Source: an uncultured Gemmatimonadales bacterium
Lineage (GTDB): Bacteria > Gemmatimonadota > Gemmatimonadetes > Longimicrobiales > RSA9
DNA length: 64,000 bases
NCBI GenBank assembly: GCA_963798845.1
Contig: CAWCUS010000001.1
Span: 352,001-416,000, forward strand
Direction: 5' to 3'
Under the pieces are notes generated by a model, which saw nothing but the letters and a program-made list of their open reading frames with translations, made no database searches and had not been told where the DNA came from. Shown here piece after piece: positions 18,821 through 28,195 of the stretch (within the stretch, counting starts at the first letter, position 1; every line of letters starts with the position of its first letter). The translations under genes and the position numbers were made by a program.

Positions 18821-20145
18821 GCGGAGCAGGTGCGGGAAAGCGCGAGGTCGTCGACTGGTCCGGGCGCACTGCCGACTGGATCTCGGTGCGCGACGCTGTG
18901 GAGCGCGGGCTCGCTGCCGTGGAGCTGATGCCCCCGGAGGAGGTGGCGCTCGAGGAGTCGCTGGGGCGGGTGCTGGCCGAGGACGTGTCGTCTCCCGTGA
19001 CCCAGCCGCCGTGGGACAACAGCGCCATGGACGGCTACGCGGTCCGCTCCGGCGACGTGACCGGAGCTTCAGCCGAGCGCCCGGCCCGGCTGCGCGTCGT
19101 GGACGACATCCCCGCCGGCGGCTTCCCCACCCGCCCGCTACGCCAGGGCGAGGCGGCCAGGATCATGACCGGCGCGCCCGTGCCCGAGGGCGCCGACTCC
19201 GTGATCCGCGTCGAGGACACCGACGCGGGCGAGAAGCTCGTCTCAATCCTGAGCGACGGCGACGCGCTCGGTAACGTGCGCCGGCGGGGCGAAGACATCG
19301 TCGAAGGGGACGTGGCGCTGGCCGCCGGCGCCTCCATCGACCCGGCCGCGATGGGCGTGCTGGCCATCGTGGGACGCGCCCGCCCGCGCGTTCGCCGCCG
19401 CCCCGTCATCGCCGTTCTCTCGAACGGGGACGAGCTGGCGTCGCTGGACGAGTTCGACGACGTCATCGCCGGGCGACGCATCGTCAACTCCAACTCCTAC
19501 TCCCTCGCGGGCGCCATCGCCGCCGTCGGCGCCGTGCCCCGCCTCCTCGGCATCGCCCGCGACGACCTGGCGGACATCCGTGCAAAGCTGGAGGCCGGCT
19601 TCGACGCCGACGCCCTCATCACCACCGCGGGCGCCGCGGTCGGGGAGCATGACCGCGTCAAGGACGCGCTCGACCAGCTCGGCTACGAGCCCGACTTCTG
19701 GCGCGTACGCATGCGACCCGGGAGCCCCGCCTCCCTCGGCCGGATCCCGCGTTCCGGCCGACCGTCGCTCCCCGTGTGGGGGCTCCCGGGCAACCCTGTG
19801 TCCGCCCTCGTCACCTTCATGGTGCTGGTGCGCCCTGCGCTCCGCCGCATGGCCGGGCGAAGCGACGTCCACAACGCCACGTTCCCGCTGGAGGCCGCCG
19901 CTCCCATCCCGTCCAAGGCCGACAAGACGCACTTCCAGCGCGTCACCCTCGAGCCCGGCGACCCCTTCCCACTCGCCCGCACGACGGGCTCCCAGGGCTC
20001 CGGCATCCTGACTTCCATGACCCGCGCCGACGCCCTCTTCGTCGTGCCGGAGGGGCGCAACGGCATGGAGACCGGCGAGCGCTCCGTCGCGATCCCCGTC
20101 GTGGGCCCGGATCCCGGCTCGGAGATCTACGGGCTTCCGGACTGA
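18817..20145 (+). CDS. moeA: Molybdopterin molybdotransferase
   Basis: SAMDGYAV, IMTGAPVP, GDEL, MRPG, GLPGNPVS, QGSG. Confidence 0.95.
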   Translation: MSGAGAGKREVVDWSGRTADWISVRDAVERGLAAVELMPPEEVALEESLGRVLAEDVSSPVTQPPWDNSAMDGYAVRSGDVTGASAERPARLRVVDDIPAGGFPTRPLRQGEAARIMTGAPVPEGADSVIRVEDTDAGEKLVSILSDGDALGNVRRRGEDIVEGDVALAAGASIDPAAMGVLAIVGRARPRVRRRPVIAVLSNGDELASLDEFDDVIAGRRIVNSNSYSLAGAIAAVGAVPRLLGIARDDLADIRAKLEAGFDADALITTAGAAVGEHDRVKDALDQLGYEPDFWRVRMRPGSPASLGRIPRSGRPSLPVWGLPGNPVSALVTFMVLVRPALRRMAGRSDVHNATFPLEAAAPIPSKADKTHFQRVTLEPGDPFPLARTTGSQGSGILTSMTRADALFVVPEGRNGMETGERSVAIPVVGPDPGSEIYGLPD

Positions 20146-20287
20146 GGCGGGACCGTCAGCCGCTGGCCGCTGAGCGTCTGTCCGGGATCGTCGACCCGGA
20201 GACCGCTGGCGGCCGGTCGCCTTGCTTCGGCGGCCGGCCCGGCCGAAGATACCGCGGACGCGCACCCCAGCCGGAGACCGATTCGCC

Positions 20288-21952
20288 ATGGCCGATACGA
20301 TCGTCCCCAAGGACTATCAGCCGCCGCTCCCCACCGACCGCCTCATCGTCCGGGAGCCGCCGGACGATGAGGCGGTCCCAATGGATGTCGTGTTCGTTGG
20401 GGCGGGGCCCGCGGGGCTGGCCGGCGCCATCGAGCTGGCGCGGCTGGTCGCCGAGGCCAACCAGGCGGGGAACGGCCCGGGGGACGTGGAGATCGCGGTG
20501 CTGGAGAAGGCCGAGAGCCTCGGTGAGCACAACCTGTCCGGCGCGGTGGTCAATCCGGGGCCGTTCCGCGCGCTCTTCCCGGACATCCCGGACGAAGATT
20601 TTCCGTTCCGCGGTCCCGTGGAGGAGGAGCGGGTCTACGTACTGACGGAGGGCGGGGCGCGCCGCATCCCGGTGCCGCCACCGATGCGCAACCACGGCAA
20701 CCGGATCGCATCGATCTCGGAGGTCGTGCGCTGGATGGGTGAGAAGGCGGAAGCGGCGGGGGTCAACCTGTTCACGGGCTTCGCTGCGGACTCGCTGCTG
20801 GTCGAGGGGGACCGCGTGCTGGGCGTCCGCACCGCCGCCACGGGGCTGAATCGGGAAGGCGAGCCGGGGAGCGGCTACATGCCCCCCACCGACGTGCTGG
20901 CGAAAGTGACCGCGCTCTCGGAGGGGACGCGCGGGCCGCTGGCGCAGGCCTACATCGGCTGGCAGCAGATCCCGTCGGAGAACCCTCAGATCTTCGCGCT
21001 GGGCGTGAAGGAGATCTGGGAGACGAAGAAGCCGCTCGAGGCCGTGATCCACACCATGGGGTGGCCGCTGCCGAGGGACGCGTTCGGCGGCAGCTTCATG
21101 TACCCCCTGGCCCCGGATGTGGTCTCCATCGGGCTCGTCGTGGGTCTCGACTACCACGACGCGACGCTCGATCCCCACGTCCTCTTCCAGCGCATGAAGA
21201 CGCACCCGATCTTCCGGGAGTACCTCGTGGGCGGCGAGATGGTCGAGTGGGGGGCCAAGACGATTCCGGAAGGCGGATACTACGCGCTGCCGAAGCGCCG
21301 GAGCGGGAACGGCGTCGTCATCCTGGGCGACGCCGCCGGCTTCGTCGACGTCCCATCGCTCAAGGGGATCCACTACGCCGTCCAGTCCGGCATCTTCGCG
21401 GCCCGCGCCATCTTCGACGCGCTGACGGCCGATGACGTCTCGGCCGCCAGGCTTTCCCGCTACGACCAGCTGGTGAACGACAGCATCATCGTCGAGGACC
21501 TCCACCGCACGCGCAACATGCGCCTGGCGTTCAAGAGCGGCTTCTACCGGGGCGGTATGAAGGCCGGGCTAATGACGCTCACCGGCGGCCGGCTGTTCGG
21601 CGCCAGAATCGAGATGGAGCCGGACGCGGCGGCCCCCAAGCGGACCGACTCGCCCGAGCCGGCGTTCGTCCCCGACGGCGACCTGACGTTCAGCAAGGTC
21701 GATGCGGTCTTCAAGTCCGGGAACCAGACACGCGACGACATCCCGTCCCACCTCATCGCCCCCGATGACGTTCCGCCGGAGCTCGCGGACGTCTACGTCC
21801 ACATGTGCCCCGCGGGCGTCTACGAGAAGGACGAGGACGGCAACCTCGTCATCAACGCGCCCAACTGCATCGACTGCAAGGCCACCGACGTGCTCGGCCC
21901 CCGCTGGACCCCCCGGGAAGGCGGCAGCGGCCCGAAATACCGAAGCATGTGA
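20288..21952 (+). CDS. ETF-quinone oxidoreductase (FixCX-like)
   Basis: VGAGPAGLA FAD motif, LSGAV, LGVKEIW, GAKTIPEGG, KGIHYA, C-terminal ferredoxin-like CPAGVY..NCIDCK. Confidence 0.92.
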   Translation: MADTIVPKDYQPPLPTDRLIVREPPDDEAVPMDVVFVGAGPAGLAGAIELARLVAEANQAGNGPGDVEIAVLEKAESLGEHNLSGAVVNPGPFRALFPDIPDEDFPFRGPVEEERVYVLTEGGARRIPVPPPMRNHGNRIASISEVVRWMGEKAEAAGVNLFTGFAADSLLVEGDRVLGVRTAATGLNREGEPGSGYMPPTDVLAKVTALSEGTRGPLAQAYIGWQQIPSENPQIFALGVKEIWETKKPLEAVIHTMGWPLPRDAFGGSFMYPLAPDVVSIGLVVGLDYHDATLDPHVLFQRMKTHPIFREYLVGGEMVEWGAKTIPEGGYYALPKRRSGNGVVILGDAAGFVDVPSLKGIHYAVQSGIFAARAIFDALTADDVSAARLSRYDQLVNDSIIVEDLHRTRNMRLAFKSGFYRGGMKAGLMTLTGGRLFGARIEMEPDAAAPKRTDSPEPAFVPDGDLTFSKVDAVFKSGNQTRDDIPSHLIAPDDVPPELADVYVHMCPAGVYEKDEDGNLVINAPNCIDCKATDVLGPRWTPREGGSGPKYRSM

Positions 21953-21971
21953 GGGGCCCGCGGCCGTACGC

Positions 21972-22086
21972 CTGCGAGCGCAGCGAGCCCCTCTGCGAGC
22001 GAAGCGAGCCCCTCTGCGAGCGCAGCGAGCCCCTCTGCGAGCGCAGCGAGCCCCTCTGCGAGCGAAGCGAGCCCTCCCCCGCCTAC
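21972..22086. repeat. Five tandem 21-bp units CTGCGAGCG(C/A)AGCGAGCCCCT plus GTAG-containing terminus
   Basis: Units at 21972, 21993, 22014, 22035, 22056; between convergent ETF-QO and etfA. Confidence 0.95.
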
Positions 22087-23069
22087 CGCGACCGTGCGCG
22101 CCTGACCTCTTCCGTCAACCTCGGGACCACCTCGAATGCGTCCCCCACGATGCCGTAATCGGCCACCTTGAAGATGGGCGCATCGGCATCCTTGTTGATG
22201 GCGACGATGGTCTTGGCCGTGCGCATGCCGGCCAGGTGCTGGATGGCGCCGCTGATCGCCACCGCGACGTACAGCTTGGGCGCGACAGTCTTCCCGGTCT
22301 GCCCGACCTGCTCGCCATGCGGGCGCCAACCGGCGTCCACGACGGCGCGCGACGCGCCGAGCGCGACGCGGTCGCCGAGCGCGTCGGCGAGGTCCTCCAG
22401 AAGCCTCCAGTTTTCGGGCCCCTTGAGCCCGCGGCCGCCGGAGACCACGACAGGGGCCTCGGCCACGTCCGGCTTGTCGCCGGCGCTGGCCTTCACCTCG
22501 CGCACCTTCACTTTCCACGACGTCGGATCCGGCGACGACGTGACCTGCTCCACCGAGGCCTCCCCGGGCGCTTCCTGCGGCCGGAACACGTTGGCGCGCA
22601 GCGTCACCAGCCTGGGGGAAGCCTCGATCACCACCTCCGCGAACGCCTTGCCGGCGTAGACCGGTCGTGTGATCACCAGCTCGCCGCCGTCCACCTCGAG
22701 GGCCGTGGCCTCGGACGCCAGAGGCACGTCGAGCCTCGCCGCCACGCGAGGCGCCAGATCGCGGCCGGTGGCCGTCGCCGCGAAGAGGATGGCGAAGTAG
22801 TCGCCGTCTTTCGCCACGTCCGCCATCGCGGCGGCGTAGCCGGTGGCCTGGTACGCGGCCAGGTCGGCGTGCTCCACGGCCCGGATCCTGTCTGCTCCGT
22901 ACGTCGCCAGAGACTTCGCCGCCTCGCCCACGCCCGCGCCGCCCACGATGGCGACGTGCACCTGGCCGCCGATGGCGTCCGCCACCTTCCGCGCGGCCGT
23001 GACCACTTCCTCGGAGACCCGCCTGAGGGCGCCGTCCCGTTGTTCCGCAACTGCCAGTACGTTTGCCAT
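22083..23069 (-). CDS. etfA: Electron transfer flavoprotein alpha subunit
   Basis: VVVSGGRG, GASRAVVDAGW, QVGQTGK, ISGAIQHLAGM, AINKD. Confidence 0.96.
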   Translation of the reverse strand: MANVLAVAEQRDGALRRVSEEVVTAARKVADAIGGQVHVAIVGGAGVGEAAKSLATYGADRIRAVEHADLAAYQATGYAAAMADVAKDGDYFAILFAATATGRDLAPRVAARLDVPLASEATALEVDGGELVITRPVYAGKAFAEVVIEASPRLVTLRANVFRPQEAPGEASVEQVTSSPDPTSWKVKVREVKASAGDKPDVAEAPVVVSGGRGLKGPENWRLLEDLADALGDRVALGASRAVVDAGWRPHGEQVGQTGKTVAPKLYVAVAISGAIQHLAGMRTAKTIVAINKDADAPIFKVADYGIVGDAFEVVPRLTEEVRRARSR

Positions 23070-23077
23070 GTCGCCTC

Positions 23078-23821
23078 CTACAGGACTTTCGCTTCGTCGC
23101 GCAGCAGGCGGACCAGCTCCGGCACCGCGTCCGGGCCCTCGCCCACGATCTTCCCTTCCGGCCTCGCCGGCGGCTCGCTGTAGCGCCGCACCTTCAGTCG
23201 CGGGGCCGGCACGTCGGCGTCCTTCTCCGTCATCGGCTTCCGCTTCGCTGCCATGATCCCCTTGAGCGAGGGGTAACGCGGGTCGTACGGCCCCTTCGTG
23301 ATGGTCACGACGGCGGGCAGCACCACCTCCACGACCTCGGTGCCGCCCTCGACCTCGCGCTGGCAGACCAGGACGTCGCCATCCTTCGCGACCTCGGCCA
23401 CACCCGTGACGCACGGGAGGCCCAGGATCTCGGCCACCATGGTGCCCACCTGTCCCTGGTCGTCATCGGCAGCCTTCATCCCGAACAGCACCAGGTCGGC
23501 GCCGATCTCCTTCAGCTCGGCCGCCAGCGCCCGGGCCACGGACAGACCGTCCATGGAGCTCTCGCCGTTCAGGCGGACCGCGCTGTCCACGCCCATGGCC
23601 AGCGCCGAGCGCAGCTGCTCGCCCGCCAAGGCGTCGCCGAGCGAGACCGCCACCGTCTCGCCCTCTCCCGCCGCCTCCTTCAGCCGCAGCGCCGCCTCGA
23701 CCGCGAACTCGTCGTACGGGCTCACGATGAACTTGAGGCCGCTCTCATCCACCGAGTCCCCGCTCACTCGTATGCGCGCCTCGGTGTCAGGCACGCGCTT
23801 TATGCAGATCGCCGTCTTCAA
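23078..23821 (-). CDS. etfB: Electron transfer flavoprotein beta subunit
   Basis: CIKRVPD, SPYDEFAVEAALRLKE, PRYPSLKGIMAAK; TTG start. Confidence 0.96.
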   Translation of the reverse strand: MKTAICIKRVPDTEARIRVSGDSVDESGLKFIVSPYDEFAVEAALRLKEAAGEGETVAVSLGDALAGEQLRSALAMGVDSAVRLNGESSMDGLSVARALAAELKEIGADLVLFGMKAADDDQGQVGTMVAEILGLPCVTGVAEVAKDGDVLVCQREVEGGTEVVEVVLPAVVTITKGPYDPRYPSLKGIMAAKRKPMTEKDADVPAPRLKVRRYSEPPARPEGKIVGEGPDAVPELVRLLRDEAKVL

Positions 23822-23943
23822 AGCCTCGTCTCCTTCTTTCTCCGGCTACGGTTTCGGGCGCAATGTAGACCGTCCCCGGAAACGAGAAAAGGCGGCCCCG
23901 ACGCGCGCGGGCCGCCTTCCCTCCTGGCACCGTACTACCGGGA

Positions 23944-24141
23944 TCAGATCGGCGTCGGCTCGCCGATCTCCTCCTCTTCCTTCTCCGGGCTCCACTTCTC
24001 CGGCTTCCAGCCGGGCTCCGGCTCGTCGGAGCGTCGGGGAGCCGGCTCGTATCGCTCGGGCTCCTCCCGCGGCGGCTCCTTCGCGGGCGCGCCGGGAATC
24101 GGCAGCGGCTTGTTCGGATCGGGTCCGGGGACCGTCGCCAT
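23944..24141 (-). CDS. Small Pro/Glu-rich hypothetical protein (65 aa)
   Basis: Strong RBS AGAGGAGG; upstream sigma-54-like promoter. Confidence 0.6.
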   Translation of the reverse strand: MATVPGPDPNKPLPIPGAPAKEPPREEPERYEPAPRRSDEPEPGWKPEKWSPEKEEEEIGEPTPI

Positions 24142-24194
24142 ATCGGGGCCTCCTCTGATCAACAGCTCAACTCCGGATGGTCTCCCCCCTGACG

Positions 24195-24210
24195 TGCACG
24201 GGCCATGCCA
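24195..24210 (-). promoter_or_regulatory. Putative sigma-54 promoter
   Basis: Minus strand TGGCATGGCCCGTGCA: GG and TGC at -24/-12 spacing. Confidence 0.6.
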
Positions 24211-24250
24211 TGTGCAGCCGGCTCCTCTCCTCCGGCGGCGTCCGCCGCCG

Positions 24251-27200
24251 TCAACCGCCCCCGATCCGCTCGAGCAAAGTCTTCACCGCAGCCTCCAGCT
24301 GATGGTCCCGCCCCAGGTACGTTTCACCGAGCGGGCGCGAGACCGCCACGTCCACGGGCCGCGGGTGCATTTCCATCACCTCGCCATCATGGGCCCGCAC
24401 CCGGGTTCGCGGCATGCGCAGCGTGGAGCCGTCCACCAGGCGAGCGCTCCACGTGTAGATGATCCACCCGGCCGTGGGCTCGCCCACCACCGGTCCCAGG
24501 TCGAGGGCGCGGAATCCCTCGGTGAAGTCCTCGGCATCGGAGAGGGAGTTCATGTCGGTCACGAGCACGGTGGGGCGCTCGAGGGAGCGCTGGCCGAGCA
24601 TGCTCCGCGCGGGAACCGTCGGGTAGCCGCGCACCTCCATGGTGATGTAGCCGCGCCGGGAGAACACATCGAGCGCGTACGCGTTCACGAAGCCGCCGTT
24701 GTTGGCGCGCACGTCCACCACCACGCCCTCCTTCGCGAAGTTGGCGGCGTCCAGGTCCACCAGGAGCTGCTGGAGGGAGCCCCACCCCATGTCCGGCATG
24801 TGGACGTAGCCCAGCCGTCCGCCGCTGATGGAGTCCACGAAGGCACGCCGCCCCTCCACCCACGCGCGGTACGCCAGAGCGCGCTCCCCGGACGTGGACA
24901 CCGGCTGCACGATCACCGCGCGCCCGTTCCGACCCTGCGCGTCCTCCACCGTCAGCGTCACGCGGTCTCCCACCGTGTTCTCCAGCAGCCGGTCGACGGC
25001 GACTCCGCGCCCCAGCGCGACACCCCCGATGTCCATCACCCGCGACCCGGCCGGGATCCCGGCCACGGCCGCAGGTCCACTCGCCAGAGCCTCGGCGACG
25101 ACGAAGCGGCCGTCCGCCAGCGCCGCGGGGTCCCAGCGCACGCCCAGCCGTCCCGTCTCCGCGTGCCCCTCCGACGGCTCGCGGTGGCCCAGGTGGCTGG
25201 CGTTCAGCTCGCCCAGCATCAGGTTCATCAGCCGCTCCAGCCCCGCCGGCGTCTGGGCCGCGGCCACGCGCGGCGCCCACGCCGTTCGGACCGCCTCCCA
25301 GTCGGCGCCGTGCAGCGCCTCATCGAAGAAGTGGTCGCGCATGTATGACCACGCTTCGTCGAACACCTCCGTCTTGTCGGCGTCGAAATCCGTCTCTACC
25401 TCCGCGGTCGCGTCAATGGCGCGGTCCTTTCCGCCCTCCAGCTTCACGGCCCGGAGCCTGCCGCGGTCGAGGAAGAACACATCCTTGCCGTCCTTCCCGA
25501 ACGCCGGCAGACCCTTCGATCCGGGAGACGACGTGAGCTGCCTCGCCACCCGCTCCCCGTCCGCGAGCGGGTCGAGGGTCCACGCGTACAGGTTCTGCTG
25601 GCCCTCTGCCTCGCCCACGAACACCAGCGTCTTGCCGTCCGGGGAGATGGCCAGCGATCCCGCGCTCACGCCCAGCGGGAGCAGCTCCAGCCGCGTCTCG
25701 ATCCCGTCGAACACGATCTGCACCGGCGGCGGCGCGGGTGCGCTGGCGGCGTCCCGTTCACGGCCGCCCTTCTCGCCTCCGCGGGGCCCCGCTTCCGGCG
25801 CGAAGAGGGAGTCGAACTTCGCTTCCCGGTAGACCGGCACGCGCGGCACGAGGTCGACGCGGGCGATCCGCCCGTCCTCGGTGCGCTGCTGCGTGTCGAA
25901 GTAGAGCGCCTTCCCATCCGGAGACCACGCCAGCGACCGCCCGTTGCCGTTGGCCAGGCGACTGACGGCCCGAGCGTCCGCCGAGCCGTCCGACGGCACC
26001 ACGTAGACGTTCGTGAACATGCGGCCGTCCGTGGCGAAGAACGCCAGCCACTTCCCGTCCGGCGACCACGCCACGCCACGGGCCGCGGTGAACGGCGGGC
26101 TCCACAGCTGCGCCCGCGCCACCACCCGCTCCTTTTCCCCGTCCAGCTCCGCCACCACCAGCGCGGTCCCGTCCCGCACGAAAGCGAGCCGCTTCCCGTC
26201 GGGCGAGAAGGCGGGCGAGGCATGGTCGGCCCCTGCGCTCGACAGCGCGCGCTCGTCGCCCGTGGCGAAGTCGAACACGAAGGTGCGCACCGACCCGCCG
26301 CGACGCGACGTGTACGCCAGGCGACGGGAGTCCGCCGCCCACGTCGGCTCCGCCTCCGGCGCCACGGTCCGCGTCACGCGCCGGGCCTGGCCCCCGTCCT
26401 CCGCGGACACGGCGAAGACCTCGCCACGGGCGACGAACGCCACCTTCTTCCCATCGGGCGAGAGCGCCATGTCGGAGAAGTCGGAGGACAGCCGACGCGT
26501 CTGGGTGGACGCGCTCAGGACCTCGCCGGTGAGGGTCACCGGGACGACGGCGGCGTGCCCGCTGGCGACGTCCAGCGTCCAGATGCCGAAGTCACGCTCG
26601 AACGCCACGGTCGCGGCACCCCGGCTCGCAGTGGGCCACAGGACGCGGCCGCGGTCGAAGTTCGTGAGGGGCCGCGCGTCGTCGCCCGAGACCGACTGGA
26701 GCCAGAGGTTCTCGGCGCCCGAGCGGTCCGACATGAAGAGCAACGCTCCGCCGTCGCCGGTCCACATCGGCCACACGCTTTTCTGCCCCTCGGCCGTCAC
26801 CCGCCGGAACGATGGCGCCGCGCTCTCGCCCGGGCCCGGACGAACGAGCCAGATCTCCGACTCGTCGATGTGGCTGTGACCGTTCCGCCACCACTGCGAG
26901 AACGCCATCCGACCGCGGGCCGACACGGCCACCGTCTCGCCGTCGGGCGATGGGGCGGCGAAGAACTCGGCCTGGTACGGGCTGGCGGACACCGGGATCG
27001 GCGTGCCCCCGCCGGCAGCCACCCGGAACACGTCGGTCATTCCGCCCAGGTCCTCCTCGCCGGACGTGAAGTACAGCCACCCGCCGTCGGGCGACCACGC
27101 GTCGAGCGACTCCGCCCCGTCGCCCCACGTCACTCGTGACACCCGACCGCTGGCCCGGTCCAGGACGTAGAGGTCGTCGCTGCCCGCCCGGTCCGAAACG

Positions 27201-27523
27201 AACGCCAGCCGTGCGCCGTCGGGCGAGAAGAGCGGCCGCGAGTCGTTCGCGGCGCCGGCCACGAGCCGGCTCGCCTCGCCACCGGCCGCCGGAACCACCC
27301 AGATGTCCCCGCGCGCCACGAACGCGATCTCCCGCCCGTCCGGGCTGATCCCGGGCTGCGACAGTGCGGGCTGGGCTGCGGCCAGCGGGGCCGAGGCGGA
27401 CGCGGCGGACACTGGGTGCGAAGGCGTCGGGTCGCCAGCGGCCGGGGTCCCGGACTGCGGGGCCGCGATGACAATGACCAGGGCGAGGGCGGCGGTAAGC
27501 GGCTGCACTTTGAGATCCTCCAT
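24251..27523 (-). CDS. Tricorn-like S41 protease with PD40/WD40 propellers and PDZ-like domain
   Basis: Repeated FSPDG/WSPDG; LGELNASH, VDVRANNGG, SDAEDF, VGEPTAG. Confidence 0.92.
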   Translation of the reverse strand: MEDLKVQPLTAALALVIVIAAPQSGTPAAGDPTPSHPVSAASASAPLAAAQPALSQPGISPDGREIAFVARGDIWVVPAAGGEASRLVAGAANDSRPLFSPDGARLAFVSDRAGSDDLYVLDRASGRVSRVTWGDGAESLDAWSPDGGWLYFTSGEEDLGGMTDVFRVAAGGGTPIPVSASPYQAEFFAAPSPDGETVAVSARGRMAFSQWWRNGHSHIDESEIWLVRPGPGESAAPSFRRVTAEGQKSVWPMWTGDGGALLFMSDRSGAENLWLQSVSGDDARPLTNFDRGRVLWPTASRGAATVAFERDFGIWTLDVASGHAAVVPVTLTGEVLSASTQTRRLSSDFSDMALSPDGKKVAFVARGEVFAVSAEDGGQARRVTRTVAPEAEPTWAADSRRLAYTSRRGGSVRTFVFDFATGDERALSSAGADHASPAFSPDGKRLAFVRDGTALVVAELDGEKERVVARAQLWSPPFTAARGVAWSPDGKWLAFFATDGRMFTNVYVVPSDGSADARAVSRLANGNGRSLAWSPDGKALYFDTQQRTEDGRIARVDLVPRVPVYREAKFDSLFAPEAGPRGGEKGGRERDAASAPAPPPVQIVFDGIETRLELLPLGVSAGSLAISPDGKTLVFVGEAEGQQNLYAWTLDPLADGERVARQLTSSPGSKGLPAFGKDGKDVFFLDRGRLRAVKLEGGKDRAIDATAEVETDFDADKTEVFDEAWSYMRDHFFDEALHGADWEAVRTAWAPRVAAAQTPAGLERLMNLMLGELNASHLGHREPSEGHAETGRLGVRWDPAALADGRFVVAEALASGPAAVAGIPAGSRVMDIGGVALGRGVAVDRLLENTVGDRVTLTVEDAQGRNGRAVIVQPVSTSGERALAYRAWVEGRRAFVDSISGGRLGYVHMPDMGWGSLQQLLVDLDAANFAKEGVVVDVRANNGGFVNAYALDVFSRRGYITMEVRGYPTVPARSMLGQRSLERPTVLVTDMNSLSDAEDFTEGFRALDLGPVVGEPTAGWIIYTWSARLVDGSTLRMPRTRVRAHDGEVMEMHPRPVDVAVSRPLGETYLGRDHQLEAAVKTLLERIGGG

Positions 27524-27597
27524 CGGATCGTTTGGTCGGGCCGACGGCGGGCTGCGCGCCGGCCGGGGCGCCGGAATTCCTGGAAGCTACCCCGCGC

Positions 27598-28185
27598 TCA
27601 GCGCGACAGCCAGCGGCTGCCGCGCAAGGTGAAGCGGAGCGGGGCTTCGACAGCCCGGTTGATGCCGATGCGGGGCGTCGCCACGATCTCGCCGGGCGCC
27701 ACGGACGGGGCGTCGTGGATGCTGAGCGGCGGGAGGTGGAGGGGGTGGCCATCCAGGGCGCCGGTGATTGCGAGCGCCTGTGTCAGCCGGCCCGGCCCGC
27801 GCGCCAGGTCGCGGTCGGGGGTGCCGCGTCGCCTCCGCACGAGCGACAGGTCGCCCAGCGGCTCGAGCGCCCGGATGAGCACGGCCGCCGGGAACCCCTC
27901 GCGGTCGGTGACCGCATTCAGGCACCAGTGGATGCCGTAGCTACGGTACACGTACGCCGTCCCGGGTACGCCGAACATCGCCTCGTTGCGGACGGTCCGG
28001 CCAATGCGCTCCGCAGCGTGCGACGCCGCGTCCTCCGGGCCGGTGTACGCCTCCGTCTCCACGATCCGGCCCAGCGCCTCGCCATCCACGGTGGAGCGCA
28101 CGACCATCCCGATGAGCTGGCGCGCCACCTCCCGCGCCGGCCTCGCGTAGAAAGCGGGCGGCAGCGGCGCGCCGAGCTCCGTCAC
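27598..28185 (-). CDS. DNA-3-methyladenine glycosylase (MPG/AAG family)
   Basis: GRIVETEAY, AYVYRSYGIHWCLN, AVLIRALEP, GPGRLTQAL, TPRIGI. Confidence 0.95.
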   Translation of the reverse strand: MTELGAPLPPAFYARPAREVARQLIGMVVRSTVDGEALGRIVETEAYTGPEDAASHAAERIGRTVRNEAMFGVPGTAYVYRSYGIHWCLNAVTDREGFPAAVLIRALEPLGDLSLVRRRRGTPDRDLARGPGRLTQALAITGALDGHPLHLPPLSIHDAPSVAPGEIVATPRIGINRAVEAPLRFTLRGSRWLSR

Positions 28186-28195
28186 GACCGGCCCG

